Assembly (NCBI GenBank): GCA_965644495.1
Contig: CBFFSA010000045.1
Span: 1-64,000, forward strand
DNA: 64,000 nt
Source: Perkinsela sp. CCAP 1560/9
Taxonomy: Eukaryota > Protista > Euglenozoa: Kinetoplastea
Direction: 5' to 3'
Position numbers and translations under genes: made by a program. Positions within the stretch are counted from its first letter, which is position 1. Each line of letters opens with the position of its first letter. The notes under the pieces are model-generated. The model did no database searches. It was not told the origin of the DNA and worked only from the letters and a program-made list of their open reading frames with translations. Of the stretch, positions 1-13,152 are shown in pieces.

Positions 1-3000
1 AGTGGTCTTAATACAAAAAGTGGTCTTAATACAAAAAGTGGTCTTAATACAAAAAGTGGTCTTAATACAAAAAGTGGTCTTAATACAAAAAGTGGTCTTA
101 ATACAAAAAGTGGTCTTAATACAAAAAGTGGTCTTAATACAAAAAGTGGTCTTAATACAAAAAGTGGTCTTAATACAAAAAGTGGTCTTAATACAAAAAG
201 TGGTCTTAATACAAAAAGTGGTCTTAATACAAAAAGTGGTCTTAATACAAAAAGTGGTCTTAATACAAAAAGTGGTCTTAATACAAAAAGTGGTCTTAAT
301 ACAAAAAGTGGTCTTAATTCAAAAAGTGGTCTTAATACAAAAAGTGGTCTTAATACAAAAAGTGGTCTTAATACAAAAAGTGGTCTTAATACAAAAAGTG
401 GTCTTAATACAAAAAGTGGTCTTAATACAAAAAGTGGTCTTAATACAAAAAGTGGTCTTAATACAAAAAGTGGTCTTAATACAAAAAGTGGTCTTAATAC
501 AAAAAGTGGTCTTAATACAAAAAGTGGTCTTAATACAAAAAGTGGTCTTAATACAAAAAGTGGTCTTAATACAAAAAGTGGTCTTAAAACAAAAAGTGGT
601 CTTAATACAAAAAGTAGTCTTAATACAAAAAGTGGTCTTAATACAAAAAGTGGTCTTAATACAAAAAGTGGTCTTAATACAAAAAGTGGTCTTAATACAA
701 AAAGTGGTATTAATACAAAAAGTGGTCTTAATACAAAAAGTGGTCTTAATACAAAAAGTGGTCTTAATACAAAAAGTGGTCTTAATACAAAAAGTGGTCT
801 TAATACAAAAAGTGGTCTTAATACAAAAAGTGGTCTTAATACAAAAAGTGGTCTTAATACAAAAAGTGGTCTTAATACAAAAAGTGGTCTTAATACAAAA
901 AGTGGTCTTAATACAAAAAGTGGTCTTAATACAAAAAGTGGTCTTAATACAAAAAGTGGTCTTAATACAAAAAGTGGTCTTAATACAAAAAGTGGTCTTA
1001 ATACAAAAAGTGGTCTTAATACAAAAAGTGGTCTTAATACAAAAAGTGGTCTTAATACAAAAAGTGGTCTTAATACAAAAAGTGGTCTTAATACAAAAAG
1101 TGGTCTTAATACAAAAAGTGGTCTTAATACAAAAAGTGGTCTTAATACAAAAAGTGGTCTTAATACAAAAAGTGGTCTTAATACAAAAAGTGGTCTTAAT
1201 ACAAAAAGTGGTCTTAATACAAAAAGTGGTCTTAATACAAAAAGTGGTCTTAATACAAAAAGTGGTCTTAATACAAAAAGTGGTCTTAATACAAAAAGTG
1301 GTCTTAATACAAAAAGTGGTCTTAATACAAAAAGTGGTCTTAATACAAAAAGTGGTCTTAATACAAAAAGTGGTCTTAATACAAAAAGTGGTCTTAATAC
1401 AAAAAGTGGTCTTAATACAAAAAGTGGTCTTAATACAAAAAGTGGTCTTAATACAAAAAGTGGTCTTAATACAAAAAGTGGTCTTAATACAAAAAGTGGT
1501 CTTAATACAAAAAGTGGTCTTAATACAAAAAGTGGTCTTAATACAAAAAGTGGTCTTAATACAAAAAGTGGTCTTAATACAAAAAGTGGTCTTAATACAA
1601 AAAGTGGTCTTAATACAAAAAGTGGTCTTAATACAAAAAGTGGTCTTAATACAAAAAGTGGTCTTAATACAAAAAGTGGTCTTAATACAAAAAGTGGTCT
1701 TAATACAAAAAGTGGTCTTAATACAAAAAGTGGTCTTAATACAAAAAGTGGTCTTAATACAAAAAGTGGTCTTAATACAAAAAGTGGTCTTAATACAAAA
1801 AGTGGTCTTAATACAAAAAGTGGTCTTAATACAAAAAGTGGTCTTAATACAAAAAGTGGTCTTAATACAAAAAGTGGTCTTAATACAAAAAGTGGTCTTA
1901 ATACAAAAAGTGGTCTTAATACAAAAAGTGGTCTTAATACAAAAAGTGGTCTTAATACAAAAAGTGGTCTTAATACAAAAAGTGGTCTTAATACAAAAAG
2001 TGGTCTTAATACAAAAAGTGGTCTTAATACAAAAAGTGGTCTTAATACAAAAAGTGGTCTTAATACAAAAAGTGGTCTTAATACAAAAAGTGGTCTTAAT
2101 ACAAAAAGTGGTCTTAATACAAAAAGTGGTCTTAATACAAAAAGTGGTCTTAATACAAAAAGTGGTCTTAATACAAAAAGTGGTCTTAATACAAAAAGTG
2201 GTCTTAATACAAAAAGTGGTCTTAATACAAAAAGTGGTCTTAATACAAAAAGTGGTCTTAATACAAAAAGTGGTCTTAATACAAAAAGTGGTCTTAATAC
2301 AAAAAGTGGTCTTAATACAAAAAGTGGTCTTAATACAAAAAGTGGTCTTAATACAAAAAGTGGTCTTAATACAAAAAGTGGTCTTAATACAAAAAGTGGT
2401 CTTAATACAAAAAGTGGTCTTAATACAAAAAGTGGTCTTAATACAAAAAGTGGTCTTAATACAAAAAGTGGTCTTAATACAAAAAGTGGTCTTAATACAA
2501 AAAGTGGTCTTAATACAAAAAGTGGTCTTAATACAAAAAGTGGTCTTAATACAAAAAGTGGTCTTAATACAAAAAGTGGTCTTAATACAAAAAGTGGTCT
2601 TAATACAAAAAGTGGTCTTAATACAAAAAGTGGTCTTAATACAAAAAGTGGTCTTAATACAAAAAGTGGTCTTAATACAAAAAGTGGTCTTAATACAAAA
2701 AGTGGTCTTAATACAAAAAGTGGTCTTAATACAAAAAGTGGTCTTAATACAAAAAGTGGTCTTAATACAAAAAGTGGTCTTAATACAAAAAGTGGTCTTA
2801 ATACAAAAAGTGGTCTTAATACAAAAAGTGGTCTTAATACAAAAAGTGGTCTTAATACAAAAAGTGGTCTTAATACAAAAAGTGGTCTTAATACAAAAAG
2901 TGGTCTTAATACAAAAAGTGGTCTTAATACAAAAAGTGGTCTTAATACAAAAAGTGGTCTTAATACAAAAAGTGGTCTTAATACAAAAAGTGGTCTTAAT

Positions 3001-6000
3001 ACAAAAAGTGGTCTTAATACAAAAAGTGGTCTTAATACAAAAAGTGGTCTTAATACAAAAAGTGGTCTTAATACAAAAAGTGGTCTTAATACAAAAAGTG
3101 GTCTTAATACAAAAAGTGGTCTTAATACAAAAAGTGGTCTTAATACAAAAAGTGGTCTTAATACAAAAAGTGGTCTTAATACAAAAAGTGGTCTTAATAC
3201 AAAAAGTGGTCTTAATACAAAAAGTGGTCTTAATACAAAAAGTGGTCTTAATACAAAAAGTGGTCTTAATACAAAAAGTGGTCTTAATACAAAAAGTGGT
3301 CTTAATACAAAAAGTGGTCTTAATACAAAAAGTGGTCTTAATACAAAAAGTGGTCTTAATACAAAAAGTGGTCTTAATACAAAAAGTGGTCTTAATACAA
3401 AAAGTGGTCTTAATACAAAAAGTGGTCTTAATACAAAAAGTGGTCTTAATACAAAAAGTGGTCTTAATACAAAAAGTGGTCTTAATACAAAAAGTGGTCT
3501 TAATACAAAAAGTGGTCTTAATACAAAAAGTGGTCTTAATACAAAAAGTGGTCTTAATACAAAAAGTGGTCTTAATACAAAAAGTGGTCTTAATACAAAA
3601 AGTGGTCTTAATACAAAAAGTGGTCTTAATACAAAAAGTGGTCTTAATACAAAAAGTGGTCTTAATACAAAAAGTGGTCTTAATACAAAAAGTGGTCTTA
3701 ATACAAAAAGTGGTCTTAATACAAAAAGTGGTCTTAATACAAAAAGTGGTCTTAATACAAAAAGTGGTCTTAATACAAAAAGTGGTCTTAATACAAAAAG
3801 TGGTCTTAATACAAAAAGTGGTCTTAATACAAAAAGTGGTCTTAATACAAAAAGTGGTCTTAATACAAAAAGTGGTCTTAATACAAAAAGTGGTCTTAAT
3901 ACAAAAAGTGGTCTTAATACAAAAAGTGGTCTTAATACAAAAAGTGGTCTTAATACAAAAAGTGGTCTTAATACAAAAAGTGGTCTTAATACAAAAAGTG
4001 GTCTTAATACAAAAAGTGGTCTTAATACAAAAAGTGGTCTTAATACAAAAAGTGGTCTTAATACAAAAAGTGGTCTTAATACAAAAAGTGGTCTTAATAC
4101 AAAAAGTGGTCTTAATACAAAAAGTGGTCTTAATACAAAAAGTGGTCTTAATACAAAAAGTGGTCTTAATACAAAAAGTGGTCTTAATACAAAAAGTGGT
4201 CTTAATACAAAAAGTGGTCTTAATACAAAAAGTGGTCTTAATACAAAAAGTGGTCTTAATACAAAAAGTGGTCTTAATACAAAAAGTGGTCTTAATACAA
4301 AAAGTGGTCTTAATACAAAAAGTGGTCTTAATACAAAAAGTGGTCTTAATACAAAAAGTGGTCTTAATACAAAAAGTGGTCTTAATACAAAAAGTGGTCT
4401 TAATACAAAAAGTGGTCTTAATACAAAAAGTGGTCTTAATACAAAAAGTGGTCTTAATACAAAAAGTGGTCTTAATACAAAAAGTGGTCTTAATACAAAA
4501 AGTGGTCTTAATACAAAAAGTGGTCTTAATACAAAAAGTGGTCTTAATACAAAAAGTGGTCTTAATACAAAAAGTGGTCTTAATACAAAAAGTGGTCTTA
4601 ATACAAAAAGTGGTCTTAATACAAAAAGTGGTCTTAATACAAAAAGTGGTCTTAATACAAAAAGTGGTCTTAATACAAAAAGTGGTCTTAATACAAAAAG
4701 TGGTCTTAATACAAAAAGTGGTCTTAATACAAAAAGTGGTCTTAATACAAAAAGTGGTCTTAATACAAAAAGTGGTCTTAATACAAAAAGTGGTCTTAAT
4801 ACAAAAAGTGGTCTTAATACAAAAAGTGGTCTTAATACAAAAAGTGGTCTTAATACAAAAAGTGGTCTTAATACAAAAAGTGGTCTTAATACAAAAAGTG
4901 GTCTTAATACAAAAAGTGGTCTTAATACAAAAAGTGGTCTTAATACAAAAAGTGGTCTTAATACAAAAAGTGGTCTTAATACAAAAAGTGGTCTTAATAC
5001 AAAAAGTGGTCTTAATACAAAAAGTGGTCTTAATACAAAAAGTGGTCTTAATACAAAAAGTGGTCTTAATACAAAAAGTGGTCTTAATACAAAAAGTGGT
5101 CTTAATACAAAAAGTGGTCTTAATACAAAAAGTGGTCTTAATACAAAAAGTGGTCTTAATACAAAAAGTGGTCTTAATACAAAAAGTGGTCTTAATACAA
5201 AAAGTGGTCTTAATACAAAAAGTGGTCTTAATACAAAAAGTGGTCTTAATACAAAAAGTGGTCTTAATACAAAAAGTGGTCTTAATACAAAAAGTGGTCT
5301 TAATACAAAAAGTGGTCTTAATACAAAAAGTGGTCTTAATACAAAAAGTGGTCTTAATACAAAAAGTGGTCTTAATACAAAAAGTGGTCTTAATACAAAA
5401 AGTGGTCTTAATACAAAAAGTGGTCTTAATACAAAAAGTGGTCTTAATACAAAAAGTGGTCTTAATACAAAAAGTGGTCTTAATACAAAAAGTGGTCTTA
5501 ATACAAAAAGTGGTCTTAATACAAAAAGTGGTCTTAATACAAAAAGTGGTCTTAATACAAAAAGTGGTCTTAATACAAAAAGTGGTCTTAATACAAAAAG
5601 TGGTCTTAATACAAAAAGTGGTCTTAATACAAAAAGTGGTCTTAATACAAAAAGTGGTCTTAATACAAAAAGTGGTCTTAATACAAAAAGTGGTCTTAAT
5701 ACAAAAAGTGGTCTTAATACAAAAAGTGGTCTTAATACAAAAAGTGGTCTTAATACAAAAAGTGGTCTTAATACAAAAAGTGGTCTTAATACAAAAAGTG
5801 GTCTTAATACAAAAAGTGGTCTTAATACAAAAAGTGGTCTTAATACAAAAAGTGGTCTTAATACAAAAAGTGGTCTTAATACAAAAAGTGGTCTTAATAC
5901 AAAAAGTGGTCTTAATACAAAAAGTGGTCTTAATACAAAAAGTGGTCTTAATACAAAAAGTGGTCTTAATACAAAAAGTGGTCTTAATACAAAAAGTGGT

Positions 6001-9000
6001 CTTAATACAAAAAGTGGTCTTAATACAAAAAGTGGTCTTAATACAAAAAGTGGTCTTAATACAAAAAGTGGTCTTAATACAAAAAGTGGTCTTAATACAA
6101 AAAGTGGTCTTAATACAAAAAGTGGTCTTAATACAAAAAGTGGTCTTAATACAAAAAGTGGTCTTAATACAAAAAGTGGTCTTAATACAAAAAGTGGTCT
6201 TAATACAAAAAGTGGTCTTAATACAAAAAGTGGTCTTAATACAAAAAGTGGTCTTAATACAAAAAGTGGTCTTAATACAAAAAGTGGTCTTAATACAAAA
6301 AGTGGTCTTAATACAAAAAGTGGTCTTAATACAAAAAGTGGTCTTAATACAAAAAGTGGTCTTAATACAAAAAGTGGTCTTAATACAAAAAGTGGTCTTA
6401 ATACAAAAAGTGGTCTTAATACAAAAAGTGGTCTTAATACAAAAAGTGGTCTTAATACAAAAAGTGGTCTTAATACAAAAAGTGGTCTTAATACAAAAAG
6501 TGGTCTTAATACAAAAAGTGGTCTTAATACAAAAAGTGGTCTTAATACAAAAAGTGGTCTTAATACAAAAAGTGGTCTTAATACAAAAAGTGGTCTTAAT
6601 ACAAAAAGTGGTCTTAATACAAAAAGTGGTCTTAATACAAAAAGTGGTCTTAATACAAAAAGTGGTCTTAATACAAAAAGTGGTCTTAATACAAAAAGTG
6701 GTCTTAATACAAAAAGTGGTCTTAATACAAAAAGTGGTCTTAATACAAAAAGTGGTCTTAATACAAAAAGTGGTCTTAATACAAAAAGTGGTCTTAATAC
6801 AAAAAGTGGTCTTAATACAAAAAGTGGTCTTAATACAAAAAGTGGTCTTAATACAAAAAGTGGTCTTAATACAAAAAGTGGTCTTAATACAAAAAGTGGT
6901 CTTAATACAAAAAGTGGTCTTAATACAAAAAGTGGTCTTAATACAAAAAGTGGTCTTAATACAAAAAGTGGTCTTAATACAAAAAGTGGTCTTAATACAA
7001 AAAGTGGTCTTAATACAAAAAGTGGTCTTAATACAAAAAGTGGTCTTAATACAAAAAGTGGTCTTAATACAAAAAGTGGTCTTAATACAAAAAGTGGTCT
7101 TAATACAAAAAGTGGTCTTAATACAAAAAGTGGTCTTAATACAAAAAGTGGTCTTAATACAAAAAGTGGTCTTAATACAAAAAGTGGTCTTAATACAAAA
7201 AGTGGTCTTAATACAAAAAGTGGTCTTAATACAAAAAGTGGTCTTAATACAAAAAGTGGTCTTAATACAAAAAGTGGTCTTAATACAAAAAGTGGTCTTA
7301 ATACAAAAAGTGGTCTTAATACAAAAAGTGGTCTTAATACAAAAAGTGGTCTTAATACAAAAAGTGGTCTTAATACAAAAAGTGGTCTTAATACAAAAAG
7401 TGGTCTTAATACAAAAAGTGGTCTTAATACAAAAAGTGGTCTTAATACAAAAAGTGGTCTTAATACAAAAAGTGGTCTTAATACAAAAAGTGGTCTTAAT
7501 ACAAAAAGTGGTCTTAATACAAAAAGTGGTCTTAATACAAAAAGTGGTCTTAATACAAAAAGTGGTCTTAATACAAAAAGTGGTCTTAATACAAAAAGTG
7601 GTCTTAATACAAAAAGTGGTCTTAATACAAAAAGTGGTCTTAATACAAAAAGTGGTCTTAATACAAAAAGTGGTCTTAATACAAAAAGTGGTCTTAATAC
7701 AAAAAGTGGTCTTAATACAAAAAGTGGTCTTAATACAAAAAGTGGTCTTAATACAAAAAGTGGTCTTAATACAAAAAGTGGTCTTAATACAAAAAGTGGT
7801 CTTAATACAAAAAGTGGTCTTAATACAAAAAGTGGTCTTAATACAAAAAGTGGTCTTAATACAAAAAGTGGTCTTAATACAAAAAGTGGTCTTAATACAA
7901 AAAGTGGTCTTAATACAAAAAGTGGTCTTAATACAAAAAGTGGTCTTAATACAAAAAGTGGTCTTAATACAAAAAGTGGTCTTAATACAAAAAGTGGTCT
8001 TAATACAAAAAGTGGTCTTAATACAAAAAGTGGTCTTAATACAAAAAGTGGTCTTAATACAAAAAGTGGTCTTAATACAAAAAGTGGTCTTAATACAAAA
8101 AGTGGTCTTAATACAAAAAGTGGTCTTAATACAAAAAGTGGTCTTAATACAAAAAGTGGTCTTAATACAAAAAGTGGTCTTAATACAAAAAGTGGTCTTA
8201 ATACAAAAAGTGGTCTTAATACAAAAAGTGGTCTTAATACAAAAAGTGGTCTTAATACAAAAAGTGGTCTTAATACAAAAAGTGGTCTTAATACAAAAAG
8301 TGGTCTTAATACAAAAAGTGGTCTTAATACAAAAAGTGGTCTTAATACAAAAAGTGGTCTTAATACAAAAAGTGGTCTTAATACAAAAAGTGGTCTTAAT
8401 ACAAAAAGTGGTCTTAATACAAAAAGTGGTCTTAATACAAAAAGTGGTCTTAATACAAAAAGTGGTCTTAATACAAAAAGTGGTCTTAATACAAAAAGTG
8501 GTCTTAATACAAAAAGTGGTCTTAATACAAAAAGTGGTCTTAATACAAAAAGTGGTCTTAATACAAAAAGTGGTCTTAATACAAAAAGTGGTCTTAATAC
8601 AAAAAGTGGTCTTAATACAAAAAGTGGTCTTAATACAAAAAGTGGTCTTAATACAAAAAGTGGTCTTAATACAAAAAGTGGTCTTAATACAAAAAGTGGT
8701 CTTAATACAAAAAGTGGTCTTAATACAAAAAGTGGTCTTAATACAAAAAGTGGTCTTAATACAAAAAGTGGTCTTAATACAAAAAGTGGTCTTAATACAA
8801 AAAGTGGTCTTAATACAAAAAGTGGTCTTAATACAAAAAGTGGTCTTAATACAAAAAGTGGTCTTAATACAAAAAGTGGTCTTAATACAAAAAGTGGTCT
8901 TAATACAAAAAGTGGTCTTAATACAAAAAGTGGTCTTAATACAAAAAGTGGTCTTAATACAAAAAGTGGTCTTAATACAAAAAGTGGTCTTAATACAAAA

Positions 9001-11853
9001 AGTGGTCTTAATACAAAAAGTGGTCTTAATACAAAAAGTGGTCTTAATACAAAAAGTGGTCTTAATACAAAAAGTGGTCTTAATACAAAAAGTGGTCTTA
9101 ATACAAAAAGTGGTCTTAATACAAAAAGTGGTCTTAATACAAAAAGTGGTCTTAATACAAAAAGTGGTCTTAATACAAAAAGTGGTCTTAATACAAAAAG
9201 TGGTCTTAATACAAAAAGTGGTCTTAATACAAAAAGTGGTCTTAATACAAAAAGTGGTCTTAATACAAAAAGTGGTCTTAATACAAAAAGTGGTCTTAAT
9301 ACAAAAAGTGGTCTTAATACAAAAAGTGGTCTTAATACAAAAAGTGGTCTTAATACAAAAAGTGGTCTTAATACAAAAAGTGGTCTTAATACAAAAAGTG
9401 GTCTTAATACAAAAAGTGGTCTTAATACAAAAAGTGGTCTTAATACAAAAAGTGGTCTTAATACAAAAAGTGGTCTTAATACAAAAAGTGGTCTTAATAC
9501 AAAAAGTGGTCTTAATACAAAAAGTGGTCTTAATACAAAAAGTGGTCTTAATACAAAAAGTGGTCTTAATACAAAAAGTGGTCTTAATACAAAAAGTGGT
9601 CTTAATACAAAAAGTGGTCTTAATACAAAAAGTGGTCTTAATACAAAAAGTGGTCTTAATACAAAAAGTGGTCTTAATACAAAAAGTGGTCTTAATACAA
9701 AAAGTGGTCTTAATACAAAAAGTGGTCTTAATACAAAAAGTGGTCTTAATACAAAAAGTGGTCTTAATACAAAAAGTGGTCTTAATACAAAAAGTGGTCT
9801 TAATACAAAAAGTGGTCTTAATACAAAAAGTGGTCTTAATACAAAAAGTGGTCTTAATACAAAAAGTGGTCTTAATACAAAAAGTGGTCTTAATACAAAA
9901 AGTGGTCTTAATACAAAAAGTGGTCTTAATACAAAAAGTGGTCTTAATACAAAAAGTGGTCTTAATACAAAAAGTGGTCTTAATACAAAAAGTGGTCTTA
10001 ATACAAAAAGTGGTCTTAATACAAAAAGTGGTCTTAATACAAAAAGTGGTCTTAATACAAAAAGTGGTCTTAATACAAAAAGTGGTCTTAATACAAAAAG
10101 TGGTCTTAATACAAAAAGTGGTCTTAATACAAAAAGTGGTCTTAATACAAAAAGTGGTCTTAATACAAAAAGTGGTCTTAATACAAAAAGTGGTCTTAAT
10201 ACAAAAAGTGGTCTTAATACAAAAAGTGGTCTTAATACAAAAAGTGGTCTTAATACAAAAAGTGGTCTTAATACAAAAAGTGGTCTTAATACAAAAAGTG
10301 GTCTTAATACAAAAAGTGGTCTTAATACAAAAAGTGGTCTTAATACAAAAAGTGGTCTTAATACAAAAAGTGGTCTTAATACAAAAAGTGGTCTTAATAC
10401 AAAAAGTGGTCTTAATACAAAAAGTGGTCTTAATACAAAAAGTGGTCTTAATACAAAAAGTGGTCTTAATACAAAAAGTGGTCTTAATACAAAAAGTGGT
10501 CTTAATACAAAAAGTGGTCTTAATACAAAAAGTGGTCTTAATACAAAAAGTGGTCTTAATACAAAAAGTGGTCTTAATACAAAAAGTGGTCTTAATACAA
10601 AAAGTGGTCTTAATACAAAAAGTGGTCTTAATACAAAAAGTGGTCTTAATACAAAAAGTGGTCTTAATACAAAAAGTGGTCTTAATACAAAAAGTGGTCT
10701 TAATACAAAAAGTGGTCTTAATACAAAAAGTGGTCTTAATACAAAAAGTGGTCTTAATACAAAAAGTGGTCTTAATACAAAAAGTGGTCTTAATACAAAA
10801 AGTGGTCTTAATACAAAAAGTGGTCTTAATACAAAAAGTGGTCTTAATACAAAAAGTGGTCTTAATACAAAAAGTGGTCTTAATACAAAAAGTGGTCTTA
10901 ATACAAAAAGTGGTCTTAATACAAAAAGTGGTCTTAATACAAAAAGTGGTCTTAATACAAAAAGTGGTCTTAATACAAAAAGTGGTCTTAATACAAAAAG
11001 TGGTCTTAATACAAAAAGTGGTCTTAATACAAAAAGTGGTCTTAATACAAAAAGTGGTCTTAATACAAAAAGTGGTCTTAATACAAAAAGTGGTCTTAAT
11101 ACAAAAAGTGGTCTTAATACAAAAAGTGGTCTTAATACAAAAAGTGGTCTTAATACAAAAAGTGGTCTTAATACAAAAAGTGGTCTTAATACAAAAAGTG
11201 GTCTTAATACAAAAAGTGGTCTTAATACAAAAAGTGGTCTTAATACAAAAAGTGGTCTTAATACAAAAAGTGGTCTTAATACAAAAAGTGGTCTTAATAC
11301 AAAAAGTGGTCTTAATACAAAAAGTGGTCTTAATACAAAAAGTGGTCTTAATACAAAAAGTGGTCTTAATACAAAAAGTGGTCTTAATACAAAAAGTGGT
11401 CTTAATACAAAAAGTGGTCTTAATACAAAAAGTGGTCTTAATACAAAAAGTGGTCTTAATACAAAAAGTGGTCTTAATACAAAAAGTGGTCTTAATACAA
11501 AAAGTGGTCTTAATACAAAAAGTGGTCTTAATACAAAAAGTGGTCTTAATACAAAAAGTGGTCTTAATACAAAAAGTGGTCTTAATACAAAAAGTGGTCT
11601 TAATACAAAAAGTGGTCTTAATACAAAAAGTGGTCTTAATACAAAAAGTGGTCTTAATACAAAAAGTGGTCTTAATACAAAAAGTGGTCTTAATACAAAA
11701 AGTGGTCTTAATACAAAAAGTGGTCTTAATACAAAAAGTGGTCTTAATACAAAAAGTGGTCTTAATACAAAAAGTGGTCTTAATACAAAAAGTGGTCTTA
11801 ATACAAAAAGTGGTCTTAATACAAAAAGTGGTCTTAATACAAAAAGTGGTCTT
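1..11853. repeat. 18-bp tandem satellite (GTGGTCTTAATACAAAAA)n, about 658 units, runs off the window start
   Basis: Directly visible. I noticed only four single-base variants (319, 588, 616, 709). Confidence 0.99.
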
Positions 11854-12087
11854 GGCTCCACGGGCACTTCAGTGAGTTTTTGAGACACTTCGATGATTTC
11901 TCATCGAAGTGCCTACGTGTCACAGGGTGACTCATCGAAACGTCAATCTTCTCATCGAAGGTGATTTTAATTGCTTTGGCAAGAAAAAAATCGAGAACAT
12001 GAAAATAAGAAAGCGGCGACACTGAGAATCTGTGTCTGCCACTTCCGCAGGTTTGTGTATTTGTTTTCCTATACTATGACACCTAGT

Positions 12088-12363
12088 TTACGTGTCTGGA
12101 GGCAAGGCCCAACTTTGAGCGAAGCCCACTTCTGGAGGCAAAAGCCCCCGTTTGCGAGCAAGGCCCAACTGTGAGCGTAGCCCTGGGACAAAATTATATT
12201 TTTTGGCGACCCGCGCGCTCCATGCGGAGGTGGTGGATATTGGCACGGCGGGCGGAGGAGGAGTTGGCATCACGGCCTTCTTTTTCCGGCGGGCAGGAGG
12301 GAGCGGCAAATTCTCAGGAGCCACTCCTGATTCTTTTGCTTTGGAGCGTGTGAACACTCCCAT
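12088..12363 (-). CDS. 91-aa basic/Pro-rich ORF directly downstream of a spliced-leader copy (retroposed mRNA fragment?)
   Basis: The ATG lies 23 nt after a full 39-nt SL-like sequence. No recognisable domain. Confidence 0.35.
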   Translation of the reverse strand: MGVFTRSKAKESGVAPENLPLPPARRKKKAVMPTPPPPAVPISTTSAWSARVAKKYNFVPGLRSQLGLARKRGLLPPEVGFAQSWALPPDT

Positions 12364-12386
12364 GAAAGGTAAAAAAAGTAAATAAT

Positions 12387-12425
12387 CAACAAGGTGCAGA
12401 AACTGTATCTTTATCGTTAAAGATT
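12387..12425 (-). other. Spliced-leader (mini-exon) relic, 39 nt, one mismatch to the copy at 21069
   Basis: Reverse complement reads AATCTTTAACGATAAAGATACAGTTTCTGCACCTTGTTG. It is not followed by a GT intron. Confidence 0.8.
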
Positions 12426-12448
12426 ATTGTACGTGTGCTTCTCTCTAG

Positions 12449-12656
12449 ATTCGTGGGAAGCAATTTGCGAAGCCCAACTACCTTGATAACAAATTTTAGT
12501 ACCCATTTTGGCCGCGCGGGGGCCCCCGCGTGAGCGGGGGTGCGCGCGGCCGCGAAACGGCGAGGGCCCGCGTGAGCGGGCCTGAGCCGTACCCCGCGTA
12601 GGATTCCCCTGTGCGTCGTTAGTGGGAAGCAATTTGCGAAGCTCACTGAATTTCGT
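12449..12656. repeat. 208-bp GC-rich hairpin module with 21-bp internal direct repeats (also at 16618-16825 and 62366-62573)
   Basis: Near-identical copies. Hairpins at 12510-12551 and 12557-12590. GTGGGAAGCAATTTGCGAAGC at 12453 and 12622. Confidence 0.9.
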
Positions 12657-13152
12657 AGTTTTCGCTACGCAGGCGTTGTCAACGTATATCTTCTTATAAT
12701 TTATTCTTAAAAAAAGGGTCCGTTGATTTCTAATGCATTTTTTTACTCCATATTTTCAGCGTTCTGATATCTTTGCCCCTTCAAGGGCTTTACTTCATAC
12801 TAATCTGTCTTACAAACAGACTTCCAAAAGACACGCCCCACAGCTACACCCTTCATATTCATCCCGACGTTTACGCCAACCAGTGCCTCGAGGTCCAACC
12901 GAGCAGAATGGGATTTTCGGCGCTCAAGATTAGAGCACGAGAGGTGGAGGATATTAACTCCGCACTGAGATCGCGCACTGAGGACCTATGTCTGCCACTT
13001 CCGCAGTATTGTGTATTTGTTTTTTAGTCGAAAATGCAGCTACCACCTCAAAAGTAATTAAAATCACCTTCGATGAGTTTCTTTCGTTTCGATGAGTTTC
13101 GTTTTGACACGTGGGCGTTTCGATGAGTACTCACGGAAGTGTCCTCGTACCC

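Larger units (their letters stand above)
11854..13152. mobile_element. 1,299-bp non-autonomous TIR DNA transposon (Merlin-like), copy 1
   Basis: 8-bp TSD GTGGTCTT at 11846-11853 and 13153-13160. GG..CC termini. Imperfect inverted repeats of about 100-125 bp (11854-11977 / 13051-13152) with three CTCATCGAA motifs per end. No transposase. Confidence 0.85.
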
